A stretch of DNA of 64,000 bases, taken from Eledone cirrhosa. Lineage: Eukaryota. Positions 41,181-56,027 of this stretch are shown here, piece after piece. The stretch spans positions 191,456,001-191,520,000 of the forward strand of contig OZ024742.1 in NCBI GenBank assembly GCA_964016885.1. The letters run 5' to 3'. A program made the position numbers and the translations under genes. Every line of letters starts with the position of its first letter. Within the stretch, counting starts at the first letter, position 1. The notes beneath the pieces were generated by a model that was not told the origin of the DNA, ran no database searches, and was given only the letters and a program-made list of their open reading frames with translations.

Positions 41181-41251
41181 GATGTGTTGGTGTAATGGTA
41201 GCACAGTGGTCGCGATAACCACAGATGTGGGTTTGACTCCCATGTACGTCA
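41181..41251 (+). tRNA. tRNA-like cloverleaf, inverted copy
   Basis: Acceptor gatgtgt/gtacgtc (G-U rich) and the same three arms; T loop mutated to tttgact; TTTTT about 10 nt downstream. Confidence 0.55.
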
Positions 41252-41591
41252 ATACTCATCTTTTTCCATTTATCTGAGGGTTCTAAACCCCGTTATCAAG
41301 CTAAAATTCCTTTAGTCAAAAATACGGTGAAAGCTATATATTTTCTAATTTCAAACTCGCTCACTGTTTCAAAACATACTTACTTGATATATATATATAC
41401 AGATTTACAGTAATATATAAATGTGTGCGCGCGCGCACGTGTGTGTGTGTACGTATACATACTTACTTTTATATATATATATTGTCTCAAAAAAGCCAAC
41501 ATGGCTATGTCTTTGGAACACAAATTTTAAAATAGGCTCACATGACAATAGAAACAAATCTGAAAAAAATTTGCTCTCCCATCTCCTCAGC

Positions 41592-41678
<87 letters not shown>

Positions 41679-41702
41679 TCTCCCCCTTTCTCTCTCTCTC
41701 TC

Positions 41703-41756
<54 letters not shown>

Positions 41757-41784
41757 CACATATACATACATATATATATACATA

Positions 41785-41902
41785 TAGGAAAATGTTCAAG
41801 ACCCCGACGGCAGATCATTTTCCTATTACCCAGGCTACTACCCTAAGTATTGAGTACTCTGGTACGTTATGGTCCATCTGGTTCCTTACCACACTTCCTT
41901 CG

Positions 41903-41943
<41 letters not shown>

Positions 41944-42130
41944 AACCAGTAAGACCCCGACAGCTGAGCTCAAGCCGTTTCGACGGCTAATTCAGTCCAG
42001 AATTAGCCGTCGAAACGGCTTGAGCTCAGCTGTCGGGGTTTTACTGGTTCCTATTACCCACTCTACTACCTCAAGTATTGAGTACTTTGGTGCGTCATGG
42101 TCCACCTGGTTCCTTACCACATTTCCTTCG

Positions 42131-42133
<3 letters not shown>
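41785..42133 (+). mobile_element. Two adjacent family W insertions; the second is a 51-bp-arm palindrome
   Basis: Arms 41943-41993 and 42000-42050 with loop agtcca; W tail; each insertion bounded by (TA)n. Confidence 0.85.
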
Positions 42134-42203
<70 letters not shown>

Positions 42204-42205
42204 TG

Positions 42206-42325
42206 AAGGCGTGTGGCTGAGTGGTTAGAGAATTGGATTCGCAATCGTAAGGTTGTGAGTTCGATTCCTGGACCAGGCGATGCGTTATGTCCTTGAGCAA
42301 GACACTTTATTTCACGTTGCTCCTT
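42206..42325 (+). mobile_element. tRNA-derived SINE with a CORE-like segment
   Basis: A box tggctgagtgg, B box gagttcgattcc, then tgtccttgagcaagacacttt. Confidence 0.75.
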
Positions 42326-42469
42326 CTACCTGGAGTTGCGACCGATAGATAGTATTAGTAATTGGAAAGACCAATGGAAACATTGTTTCCTCGGTCCGAT
42401 TTGACGAGAGTCGATCGATTAAAAAAATATATATGTATATATATATATGTATATATATATGTGTGTGTG

Positions 42470-42519
<50 letters not shown>

Positions 42520-42526
42520 CATACAT

Positions 42527-42602
<76 letters not shown>

Positions 42603-43097
42603 ATACATACATATATATATATATATGTATATATATATGTATGTATGTATATATGTACATATATCTAATTCATTTTGGAAATTGTTTTGCAAGATTTCTT
42701 ATTTGAAAACGTGTGTTGAATCAGATATTGTTATACTTTCGTAAGGTCATGCTGCCAGTAAAAGACACACGCACCTACTGGTTTTCAATTCAATTTATTA
42801 TAAGTTTCTGGTCGGTTGGTTGGTTGGTTACATAACTAGAAGCTTGTTCGTATATTGTCAGTTCATTCGTCACATACTGTGGAACCTTCTCAGTGATTAC
42901 AATTTTTCGTGTCACTCCATTGAACAAGATTGTGTAGGGCAGAACAAAGAAGTGACACCAAAAAATCCTAGTCGCTGAGGATTTTGCAATACGTAAGGTC
43001 TTCAAAGTGATTTTAATTAAGCATACAGTGTATTGCAAAATGCACTATATATATATTCATATATATATATCGCTATTTCAGAGCGCCAATTCTAATG

Positions 43098-43159
<62 letters not shown>

Positions 43160-43162
<3 letters not shown>

Positions 43163-43350
43163 AAAAAGTATGACCCCGACGGCAGAGCTCAAGCCGTTTC
43201 GGCGTCTATTTCAGTCCAGAAATAGCCGTCGAAACGGCTTGAGCTCTGCCGTCGGGGTCATACTTTTTCTTATTACCCATTCTACGACCCTAAGTATTGA
43301 GTACTCTGGTGCGTTATGGTCCATCTGGTTCCTTGCCACAACTCACGTTA
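43160..43350 (+). mobile_element. Family W palindromic insertion
   Basis: Arms 43162-43212 and 43219-43269, loop agtcca, W tail, (TA)n flanks. Confidence 0.85.
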
Positions 43351-43371
43351 TATATATATATATATATATGA

Positions 43372-43765
43372 ATATATTACACAGACTGAAGTGTGTTACA
43401 CAGTGAGAGGTGTGTAAAAAATTATTACATGTGAGTTTAACCGTTACTGTATGGAGAACAATACCTACAGGTTAGCAATTAAATTTAAAAAAACTAAGTC
43501 AGAATCAAATCTCTGAAGTAGAGTTTTAAATTACCTTATAACTCTAACCTTATAACTATAAGCTTGCTAATACGAATTTAGTTCGTTTCACCACAGAAAT
43601 GTGCAGTGTAACAGCCCATAGGATCCTCACCCATACTGACTTAGTTTTTTTCTATTTAATTGCTAACCTGTAGGTATTGTTCTCCATACAGTAACGGTTA
43701 AACTCACATATAATAATTTTTTACACACATCTCACTGTGTAACACACTTCTCTCTGTGTAATATA
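43372..43765. repeat. Inverted repeat with ~130-bp arms and ~135-bp spacer
   Basis: 43372-43502 is the reverse complement of 43636-43765; starts at (TA)n. PLE inversion or MITE. Confidence 0.8.
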
Positions 43766-44437
43766 TTTGTATTTGAGCTCAGATGAAAATTCTCTGTTCT
43801 TCTTCGAGCTAATATTATTATTACTGTGAACTACGGAATACTTTAATTCAGATCTTTGTATATATATAAATATGTATATTTATATATATATATTTTTTTT
43901 TTCGTTTCAACCAAGAGCATTAACAATTATATAAATACATAAAAGCATATACATAAATACTCGATATTGCCCCCCACATACACACACACACACTAGTATC
44001 TATACATTTTTTAATGAATAGATATATATATACACATTGAATAAATTACTACCTTCAATGTTGTTCCAGCTTCTTTGGAGTGATCGCTAGGTTTTCGTTT
44101 CTTAATTAAAACATACCGGACTTATTTATTTATTTATATTATTATACTTGTTATTATTATAACTTTTCTTTTCTTGCAAGATATCTTATATCCGGAAGGT
44201 GTCTTTGAAATAATCTGATTTCTCATTGGTGAAAATCAAATCTAGAAACTTCTACACTGAAGAGAAAAGTAAATTAGTGAATTTGACATTTAAGCGTTTT
44301 TAGTTGTTTTCTTTTAAAATATTGTTTGTGTTGTTTATTGTCGTTGCTGTTCTTTGTAAATATTTCTTTCTTTTTTTTTTTAGTTATTGATGTAGTTGAT
44401 AGAACCATTGTTATCATTATAGTTATTTTTGATTTAA

Positions 44438-44492
<55 letters not shown>

Positions 44493-44515
44493 TTTATAAT
44501 TATTATTGTTGTTAT

Positions 44516-47500
44516 TCCTTAAATCTCAGTCATTGATGTTGGTTAACTGGAAAGTCCGTTGGATTGAATATCAAGCCACTACCTGCAGCCTCAGATATTC
44601 AGGACGTATCGGAGGGTTCTTGCTGTTCCAAGCAAGCATGCCTTTTGAAGCGTTCCAAAAAGCGTGAAGGGGCCGATTTTCTTTAACCATCCCTGGAAAC
44701 TTTTGGAGATAGTCCCCAGTGCGCCTATGACAATCGGGATCACTTTGACTTCATGGCAGTTCCAAATACTTTTCACCTCCCACTTTAGGTCCTGGTATCG
44801 GTTAATTTTCTCCCTCTCTTTCTCTTGCACTCTCGTGTCGAACGGGCAGGCCACATCCACAATCAGACACGATCTTTTTTCTTTGTCCACAACCACCAGG
44901 TCAGGTCTATTGTGTTCCAGTTTTTTGTCCGTCTGTATCCTAAAATCCCACAGCACCTTCACCTGATTGTTCTCCATCACCGCCTCTGGCCTATGCTCAT
45001 ACCATTTCTCAGAATGTGGTAAATTGTTTACTTTGCACAGGTGCCAGTGGATCACCCTGCCCATCACATCGTGTCTCCAGCCCTTATAGTGGGTCTGGGC
45101 TAGGTGTTTACACTCGGACACAATGTGAGCCACAGTCTCCTCTCTCTCTCTCCACAGATCCTGCACAGTGGGCTAGCCTCCTCCTTGTAAATATGGTGCT
45201 TCAACCACTTCGTTTTGAGGGCCTGCTCCTGCGCAGCCATTATCATTCCTTCTGTAGCCTTTTTGAGGTCTCCTCTTCTCAACCAGTTCCATGTCTGTGG
45301 ATCTCTAAATTCAGTTTTCTCAAAGAAGGTACTATGAAGGGATTTTCCCTTAAGGCTGCTCTTCCTCCTTGATGTTATTTCCTCCTTGGACATCCCCTGG
45401 CCTACTGTCCCCTCCTTCAGTACAGTTCTGAGCATTGGCTCCTTACTATAGGTCACGTATTTGTATAGGTTGTTTTTCTCCATCTGAACACAGTCCTCTA
45501 TGCTGATAAGACCTCTTCCACCCTCAGATCTCCTTAGGTAGAGTCTATCGACATCACTCCTCTTGTGGAACATGTTGTAGATAGTCAATAGCTTCCTAGT
45601 CTTCCTATCCATTTCTTTTTGTTCAGCAACATTCCATCTCAGAATTCCCGCACTGTACCTAATAATAGACACAGCTCGGGAATTTACTGCGCTTATGGCA
45701 TTTCTGCTGTTCAGATGTGACTTAAATACGCTCCTTACTCTCCGAATGTATTCAGTTCTTAACAATTGAAGGATTTGTTGTTCTTTATGCCATCAGCCTC
45801 CAGAACGCCCAAATACTTGTATCCTTCCTCAGAGTCAATTTCCTTTATCATCTCACCTGTTGGTATCTGGATCCCGTTACTTCTGCTCAACCTACCCCTC
45901 CTCATCACAATGACTCCACATTTACCAATACCAAACTGCATACATATATCACTGCTGAAAATACGGACAGTGTCAACAAGCACATCCAACTCCTTCTCAC
46001 TTTTCCCGAAGAGCTTAAGATCGTCCATGAAGAGGAGGTGATTGATGGTAAGCTCTCCCCTTCCCAACTTGTATCCTGCTCTCACTTTTCGCAGCATAAT
46101 GGTCAAGGGTATCAGGGCAAGGACAAACACCAGAGGGGACAGGCTATCTCCCTGGAAGATACCTCTCTTGATCTTCACGCTTCCCAAGGATACTCCAGTT
46201 GATGTCAACTCTGTCTCCCAGGACCCCATACTCCTGCCTAGCAACTGTCTGATGTTATCTGCCACCCTGAAGATCTCCAGGCTTTTGGTGATCCAAGAAT
46301 GAGGCACCATGTCAAATGCCTTTCTGTAGTCTATCCATCCCATGGCAAGATCAGTGTGTCTCCTCCTGCAATTCCCCATTACCATTTTATCAATAAGCAA
46401 CTGGTCATTTGTACCACGTGACTTCTTTCGGCATCCTTTCTGTTCGTCCGGTAACAAGTTGTTTGTGTGGAGGTGATGGTAGATTTCCTCAGACACAATG
46501 CTCGTCAACAGTTTCCACATTACGGACAGACATGTGATAGGTCTATAGTTGGTAACATCATTACCCTTGATTCGGTCTTTCATTACCAGAACTGTGGTAC
46601 CTTTTGTCAACCACTCTGGCACCTCACCCGACACCAAGCAGTCATTGAACATGGCCGTCAGCTTCGGGTGGAGGGATGTTAAATGTTTAATCTAATACCC
46701 CTGCACACCATCTGGGCCTGGTGATTTCCAGTTGGTTAGTTTTTTGTCCTGCCCCTTAAGAGTTTCAACTGGGATACTCAAATCAGTTTGTTGTTGTGCC
46801 TGCTCACCGATCTCCCTCTGTACTGTCTCAATCCACCCTGCCTGGACATTATGTCTAACATCCTGCTCCCATATTCCTCTCCAGAATGTTTTAGTTTGCT
46901 CCGCCCCAGGGATCAAGTCGTTGCCTCTTTTTTTCCCCTCAAGCTGTCCAAACAGCATTTTCTGGTTGTTGTCGAACATGCGGTTCTGTTTATACTGACT
47001 GACTCTGTTCTCGTATCGCCTGATTTTTGCACTCTTTGCTACAATGCGTTGCTTCAGTTCCTCTATGATAATATTTAGCTTTTTCCTCCTAGTTTTGTAT
47101 TTTATTTCCAGTCTATTTTTAGTGCCTATGTTTTTTAGTGTCCCATTCAGTAGTGACTCAAGCTTTCCTATGTCATTTCTCATTTCCCCGATTTGCCCAC
47201 TCAGTCGTTTCTTCCACCACGGCTCTGCTCTTTCTTGTCTGTTGTTTCCTCTCGCTTTTATACCAAGTAGTTTCCTCACCGTATTTGCTGTTGCTTTGAG
47301 GATATTGTTGCACTGGTGAAGGCTCCTCGCCTCAAGGTATGGGATGACTTTGTTTACCTTAGCTGTTGTTTCTTTTAACTTTTTCCTGTCTACAAATCTT
47401 AGGTTCATAGGTCTCCCACTATCATTGTTCAATTCATCTACCACTAAATTTAGGATGTCAACCGAATCTTGTCCTAGCCCGTCAGCATTCATCTCCTCAG

Positions 47501-48298
47501 TGGCCGTATCTCTGTTCCAGGTATTATTTATCTCAGTATTCAGATCAGTGTCTGCTTCGGGTGGTTCCTCCGTTCTCAGGACCTCTTCACCTTCATTTCC
47601 CACTGGCTCGCTTGTCTGGCATACTACACCCGCCATCTCCAAGCCATTCTCTCTGCTCAGTTCCTCCAGTTCCAGCTCGCTTATCCATCCATTAGTTCTT
47701 ATTACCCGAGCCTGCCCGGCCAATTTTTGTTCATCTAATTTAAATAAACCAATCTCGTTCCAGATGTTATGCATCCGTCTCCTGTAGCCCCTCTCCTTGG
47801 GGTTACTTTTCAGGTAACATTGCATAACAGTTCTATTCAATTCTTTCGTCCAGTTGGTTCTGGCCCCTTTCCTTCTTCTCCTTCCTCCAACATCAGCAGT
47901 ATTTGTTTGACAGTCAGGTTCCTGCTGCTGAGCCAGGGGGCACCTGTTGGGTGAGAGTCTGTCACATGACGTTCTAGTCTCCATTTCACCGTTATTCGAA
48001 CTGTTTATGTTCGATATTTAAACACTCTTATCGAGGATTGGCGAATGTATGGTTACATAGCCATCTGTGGATCCGCCATTCCACTTGGCCCTTGTGTGGC
48101 ATTATCACCACGCTGTATACGAACACACATAAACAAACAAACACACAGGCAGAAAGGGCCCCAAAAATGAATAAGCATAAGTTTCATTGTAATGTAGTGT
48201 TCGAATGTCTGACTTAGTTTTTGTTTTTTAAGTTTTTGTTTTTCCCCCCTCTTCTCTGTCCGTCCGCCTGCTTCTCTCTTTATTCTTATTTTCTTTAC

Positions 48299-48299
<1 letters not shown>
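44516..48299 (-). mobile_element. R4/Dong-clade RLE non-LTR retrotransposon, family A, apparently full length
   Basis: RT ([37 protein letters not shown]), CCHC, RLE (RPDLVVVD..IVDVACP..KINRY), C-terminus GTARTLR; TAA-type tracts on both sides (44438-44515 and 48300-48350). Confidence 0.93.
44591..47984 (-). pseudogene. Single ORF of family A broken into four pieces
   Basis: 46692-47984, 45759-46652, 45100-45765 and 44591-45166. Confidence 0.9.
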
Positions 48300-48350
<51 letters not shown>

Positions 48351-49229
48351 CATTATTGTTATCATCATCATTATTATTATTGTTATTATTATCATTATTA
48401 TTATGTTTGTTATTATTACTACTACTACTACTATCACTACTACAACTATTTTTCATAAAACTATTTTATTCAAACTACTACTACTACTAATGCTATTACT
48501 AACACCAACCTTATTATATTTCATTATTGCTGTTATTATTAGTGTGAGCTTTTCCCATAACATTCCATTATTCAACTCAATGCAGTGGGCCTTGGGTGAC
48601 TGTGTGAACACAGATACTTTTCCGTTGGTTTTAGGTTATTTCGTCTATTTCTTGATTTTAAAAATTGTTGATAATACCTTAAGCCTTAAGAAAGAAAGAC
48701 GTTACAAGTGCGCAGTTGTGCGCTAGTTGTAGTGAATGTGTTTATAATATTGCATGCTACAGTGTACAGTTTTGCAAATAGTGTTAATATGTAACACCAA
48801 TGCATCCATTTATATCAATATGAATCTTGTTATTTATTGATGTTATCTTTATAACAAGGAGTTCTTTATGTGTAGGAGTTATAATAGTACATTATGTTCA
48901 TCATCAACATTATCGTTATTATCAACATCATTATTATTATCATAATCGTCGTCGTCTTCATTGCTCTCACTATCATTTGTATTATATTTGTAATTATTAC
49001 TATAATTAAATTAATATTACTTTTCATGTTCTTGTTATTATTGGCTGTCGGAGTTTTAATACGAGATTCGAAAGGATTTGGTTTAATTAAATTAATAATT
49101 TTTTTTCAAATTTTGGATTATTTGCAAACATGGTATATTATTAATGGATTTTCTTTATTTGCTGTGTTCAGGTTTCTGTTCAGAGAATATTGTGGACGTA
49201 TCCTGAAATATTATATAAGGAGTGCACTT

Positions 49230-49500
49230 CACAATTATTAGGTTCCTGGTTCGATCACGCTGCGTGGTATCTCGGGCAAGTGGTATTTACCATACCCTCG
49301 GGTCAACCCTTGCCTAGCATGTGAAGTGGGGTAAGACGAATATTGTTTGGAAGCACATCGGATGGATCGTACTTGTAATTCAAGGGGCCAATCTCGTAAT
49401 ACACTGCATCACGCTGAATCAGTCTGAGTATTACACCATGGGGGCATGGGTGTGTGCAATACTCAGCCACTTATACGTTAATTTCCTGATCAAACAACAG
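49230..49500 (+). mobile_element. Degenerate tRNA-derived SINE
   Basis: B box ggttcgatc, then ggtatctcgggcaagtg core; related to 29130-29300. Confidence 0.55.
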
Positions 49501-50352
49501 TAACACTTATCGTTGAAACTGATTTAGGTCCACTTGTATACATTGGCATTTTGAAAAATAAATGAGACCCCAAACCTCAATTTAAAAAAAGAACAATATA
49601 TGACTAAAATAGAATTTACAATAGACCCTCATGAAAAAAAACATTACAAATACATGTTTTATTGTCACAAGGTTTGCTTGATAAAAGAATTACTATCAGG
49701 GAACTAAAATTTTACTTAATTAGCTTTAGCTAGAGCACCGTCAAACGCACACATGTATATACACACACACACTCACTTTAACGAGTCAACATAGTATCAT
49801 TTCGAGCGTTTCTTGTTTTCTTCAATTCTTAGTACGGTGGCAGTAGCTACATATGAAATAGCATAATGTCCACAAGAGCAGAAAGGATTGAATAAGAGAA
49901 AGAATGAAAGAGATATCAATAATTCCCAGAAATTAATACTGTTTAATGAGTAAATCGAAGCTCCTAAAGTACCAGAGAATATCACTCCAACCCGGCCCCA
50001 TCGATAGCAGCCAGCTATGAAGGTAGAGCAGTGAGCAGTCGGAGACGAATAATGGTGAACAACAGAAATAGCGGCAACCACCCCCGACTGGGGCTCCTAA
50101 ATAGTTCGAAAAATTAGTCACGTTGTCGGCATGTCTACATGCATCAGAAGTATATTCGAACACACATGCAGATGCACATCCACACACACCGCCAAACAAA
50201 AGTGTTTCATTTGGAAATCCGGCCTAGATTTTCCTGAAGCTTCTGTCATCAAAAATTCAATTGAGATGGTTGATCTATAATACAGCCTATATATATTGGT
50301 GATACTCTGTATTTCGGCTCCTACAACATACGTGTGAATGATATATTTATAC

Positions 50353-50388
<36 letters not shown>

Positions 50389-50398
50389 ATGTGTGTGT

Positions 50399-50455
<57 letters not shown>

Positions 50456-50546
50456 CACGTGTGTGTGTGTGTGTGTATGCGCGCGCGTGTAGGCTTTAAA
50501 TGGAATAAAAATAAGAAGAAACCAAGAACTGGGGGGGGGGGGGTCC

Positions 50547-51367
50547 TCATCAGTTGTCTACTGGTGTTCTCGGATATTTCAACGCTTTAAAGACAATATA
50601 TCTACCCCAGAGCTTTCAATAACTGGGTAAGTTATTGGGTAAACAGAGGAGCGAGGGAAGGAAAATAGAAGGGAAAAAGGAAAAAAAGGGAAAAAAGGGA
50701 AAAACAGCGAAAAAAATAACCAACAAGCCAAAGAAAATGCGAGCAACTTAAGGTAAGAAAATCCAAGTCCACATCAGTGACTGAACGTAAGTTCGAGAGC
50801 GTGTGGGCGAACGAGAAGACACGTCTGACCCCATCGAGTGTAAGTGAGTAAATGACAGCTAAGGGGTCAGGCGAGGGAAACAATGAGGTGGCTGGGAGAG
50901 AGAGAGTGTGAGTGAAAGTGAGAGGGAGAAATGGAGAGGAAGAAGGAGGGGGAAGATTAGATAGCAACGAAATAGGTAGGTAGAAGGAGGGATAGGACGG
51001 GTCACAGAGAGAGTGTGAGTGAAAGTGAGAGGGAGAAATGGAGAGGAAGAAGGAGGGGGAGGATTAGATAGCAACGAAAGAGGTAAGTAGAAGGAGGGAT
51101 AGGACGGGTCACAGCGAAACATTATAAAATATGTGGAGAATAGGATTGGCTGTGTAGTTGCTAGTTAAGGTAGGCTTAAAAATGGAATTTTAAAGCAAGA
51201 ATGTGGACAGGAGTTTTCCCCATCAGTTGTCTAGTGAGGGTCTCGGATATTTCAACGATATATTTCAAGACAATATATCTATCCCCTGAGGGTTCAATAA
51301 CTGGGTAAGCTATTGGGAAAACGGAGGTGGGACAGGAGGAAAAAAGAGAAGAAAAGAGAAAAACAGT
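50547..51367. repeat. ~670-bp partial tandem unit with an internal ~110-bp duplication, probable PLE pseudo-LTR
   Basis: catcagttgtcta..ctcggatatttcaacg..ttcaataactgggtaag at 50548 and 51221; 50897-51005 repeated at 51006-51113. Confidence 0.65.
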
Positions 51368-51578
51368 GATATATTTATTTTGTTTTGACCTGCTTAGCTT
51401 GATTTGCTTTTTGGCTTAGGTGGTTGATGCTTTCTTGACCACTTTTTCAGTTTTGTATGGCGTTTTAACATATGTGTTTAGCTCTGTTTTTTTTTGACTA
51501 TGGGGCGCTTGCCAGCATGATTCTGATTTTTGCGTTTCGTTTCGCTTTTTCTACCCGCCGAAATGCGATTCTCGCTGA

Positions 51579-51645
<67 letters not shown>

Positions 51646-51730
51646 TATTGAAGTGTCCGTTGAAAATTGAAAAAGTCAGAGGAATGAAGAGAGTGCTCTA
51701 TGTAAGTTACAGAACTAAATATATATATAC

Positions 51731-52912
<1,182 letters not shown>

Positions 52913-52919
52913 AAGAAAG

Positions 52920-52996
52920 AAGAGTAACATGGTTGGCTGTACAATAAGTGCTTTATTCAATAAAGCCCTTATTGTACAGACAATCATGTTACTCTT
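52920..52996. repeat. Hairpin at the start of a short TA-embedded insert
   Basis: aagagtaacatg..tgtacaataag.gcttta / taaagc.cttattgtaca..catgttactctt; insert ends resemble 10706-10790. Confidence 0.7.
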
Positions 52997-53175
52997 ATCT
53001 CTTGAATTATTATTACTCCAAGTATAACCTACATAGAAATCACCATGAATTCGCTGCATCACTATCGAAGCGTCTTGTTGAGTCAAACTAAGCCGCACGT
53101 TAAAACCATCCACAACACGGAGTTCTCTAACTGGACTACCTCTAAGTGGATGACCTAAAACGATAACTTGTTATC

Positions 53176-53254
<79 letters not shown>

Positions 53255-53255
<1 letters not shown>

Positions 53256-53301
53256 TTCTACAGGACTAGAACTGTTTCATTCTTGAGAAATCATCAGGAA
53301 T
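53255..53301 (-). ncRNA. Canonical minimal hammerhead in an inverted pseudo-LTR arm
   Basis: Minus strand: attc-CTGATGA-tttctcaagaat-GAAA-cag ttctagtc ctg-TA-gaat; a truncated plus-strand copy follows at 53298-53414. Confidence 0.8.
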
Positions 53302-53412
53302 GAAAGAGTTCTAGTCCTGTAGAATCTCATCTATATTAAAACTGTTATACTCTGATATGTATTGAGTACCTTACTTACTGTGGTTACCTCCGACTCAACC
53401 CGGAATAACTTA

Positions 53413-53496
<84 letters not shown>

Positions 53497-54156
53497 ATAT
53501 ATATGATTCATTAAATTTTCACATTATGCTGCCAAACTATATTAACACGCTGCAGATAATGATATTCTTCCATAAATATATTTAAAGCTTCAATCGTAAA
53601 ATCATGAATTGCTAGTACACTGATTATAGGGGAAACAAATTTGAGCATTCATTTGATCTTCGTGTTTAAATATTTTCAAATTGTGTGTTTAGCAAGGTAA
53701 TAAAACATATAGTGAGAAAAATTATTTCTCTTTTTAACAATCATATTGAGAAATATATTTTATAAGAAGCAAATATATATATTATTAGATTTGATTAACA
53801 ACTTTATTAATTCTCAGAAACATATTAAATTTTGGTGAGTACTAAATATACGTATGTGTCTATGTGTATATGATGTGTGGGTGTGTTTATGTGTATCTGT
53901 GCATGTGGGTGTGTCTGTGAATATATGTGAGTAAGGCATAGCACAAAACACTGTTTACAAATAAATATATAGATATATATTAATATTCACCAGTGTGTGT
54001 GATAAACAATTTATATACACGGAGTCATCAAATGTACTGAGCATGAGTGAGACGAGTTTCGGTAAACATACAACCATTAGACAATGTATTACAAGAGATG
54101 GCCACGTTTGGAACTTATCATAAATCTGATCGATCAGTAATGAACTGGTACTACAA

Positions 54157-54203
<47 letters not shown>

Positions 54204-54737
54204 CACAAAACACACACACACATACGCACGCACGCACACACACACAGCTCTGTATGATTGCGCGTGCATATTGATACATGAGAGTTTGCTTGTTGATCGC
54301 GGAGCAAATTCGTGGTGTTGCGTTATACTATTCTGATGTGCAGAGGTCAAATAGTGCTGTACTTGTTCTATTGACTGTACTTGTTGTATTCAAATATGCA
54401 CACCACTTAGGCAGGCAGTCAATATTTAATACAGTAGCTGAGGCATTTGTTCGGGGAGCACGTCCTCTCCTTCTCGGGGTTCTGTCTTTCGATAGGCATC
54501 TCCGTAGGGAAGTTCGCCAGCGGGCAGGCTGGGTGTCAAAGCCAGCAATCTATTTTGCGGTAGAAGTCATTGTTGATGTTGCCGCTTTCCATGATATGGG
54601 TATATTTCAATCCTAACACAAATGAGGTAAAAAAATAAACTGCCACTAGGAGAGGTTGTCTCCGACTGTTATTTTTATTATAGATTTCTGGTTATATTAT
54701 AAAAACATGTCCCTCCTCAAATATAACAATGCATATA

Positions 54738-54819
<82 letters not shown>

Positions 54820-54821
<2 letters not shown>

Positions 54822-55020
54822 CAAAGATATCTTTAATTTGCTGGTAATTCAACAAACTTATTTATTGATAACAGATTCGAAGCACTCGACAGTCCCTTGG
54901 AGTATAATATCAATTGTATCTGATGAGAGTGTACCAAAGTTTTTTTGGTAGCCTTGAAATATATATAATAAAATAAATATGGTTTTATAAATATAGTTTC
55001 CATTTATTAATATCATTGAT
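54820..55020. mobile_element. Family Y pseudo-LTR with hammerhead (54916-54970, plus)
   Basis: Same layout as 21746-21997. Confidence 0.72.
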
Positions 55021-55900
55021 ATATAAAGAATCTGGTTGTTCCTTTTTTTTCTCTCTTGTATACGATTTCACAGAACTTATGTTCACCGAATTCAGGGACT
55101 AGACTCCTTCTTCCTCCCGTTTGACCTGTGCGGAATTCCTTCCTTGCTCACATTTCGACTATGTTTGATGGTCTTTATTCTCACTCGTTCACGATTTCAC
55201 CCAACTTATATTCATGGAAATCTGGGACTTGTCTCTTTCTTCCTTACTTTTCGTTGCATTACTATCTTCGTTTGTTTACAGACTAGCTCGTTCCCCTTAT
55301 TTACGTGTCCCAACGACTTTCTTTAGCCGTTGCTCGCACCAACCGGAAGTATATTGTCTTTAAAGCGATGAAATACCAAGGAGGGTTGGAAGATCACTGA
55401 TGAAGGACTAACTTTATTCATATGTAACCCATTTGCAACCACGCAGCACGTTTGTTTTCATAATCACATATATATATATGTATATACAGCACTATTACCC
55501 ACTCTACTACTCTAAATATTGAGTACTCTGGTGCATTATGGTCCACCTGGTATCTTACCACACCCTATTTGTTATATATATATATGTATATAACTTATAG
55601 AAATTAACAATGAAAACATAACGGACCCCTACCGATGTTACTGCTGATGCACCCGGAATCACAAAATCTTACACAACCCAAGCTCTGTCGTGGAGTGAGA
55701 TGCAAGAAAAACAATAAATAACTTATAACAATTAAACCATAACATCTACACCTAGAATTCTATGTGACGACTTGGAGAAGGTATTGTCCTGCTTATAGTA
55801 AAGGAAACCTCGTGAGACTGAAACAAATATAAAAGAAAAAAATGAAAAAGTAAGAGGAAGGAAATAAGATATCGTGTTACATACAAACATAGACACACAC

Positions 55901-55992
<92 letters not shown>

Positions 55993-55995
55993 GCG

Positions 55996-56027
<32 letters not shown>

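Larger units (their letters stand above)
40856..41387. mobile_element. 259-bp tRNA-containing unit in tandem plus inverted arrangement within (TA)n
   Basis: ttagaaaatatatagctttcac at 40856 and 41115; 41170-41387 is the reverse complement of the unit. Confidence 0.8.

Noticed and set aside
49800-50290. Decayed ORF-like purine-rich stretch
   Set aside because: Many stops and no recognisable motif.
54450-54600. GC-rich patch as a possible LINE 5' UTR ribozyme
   Set aside because: Could not build an HDV-like or other known fold by eye.
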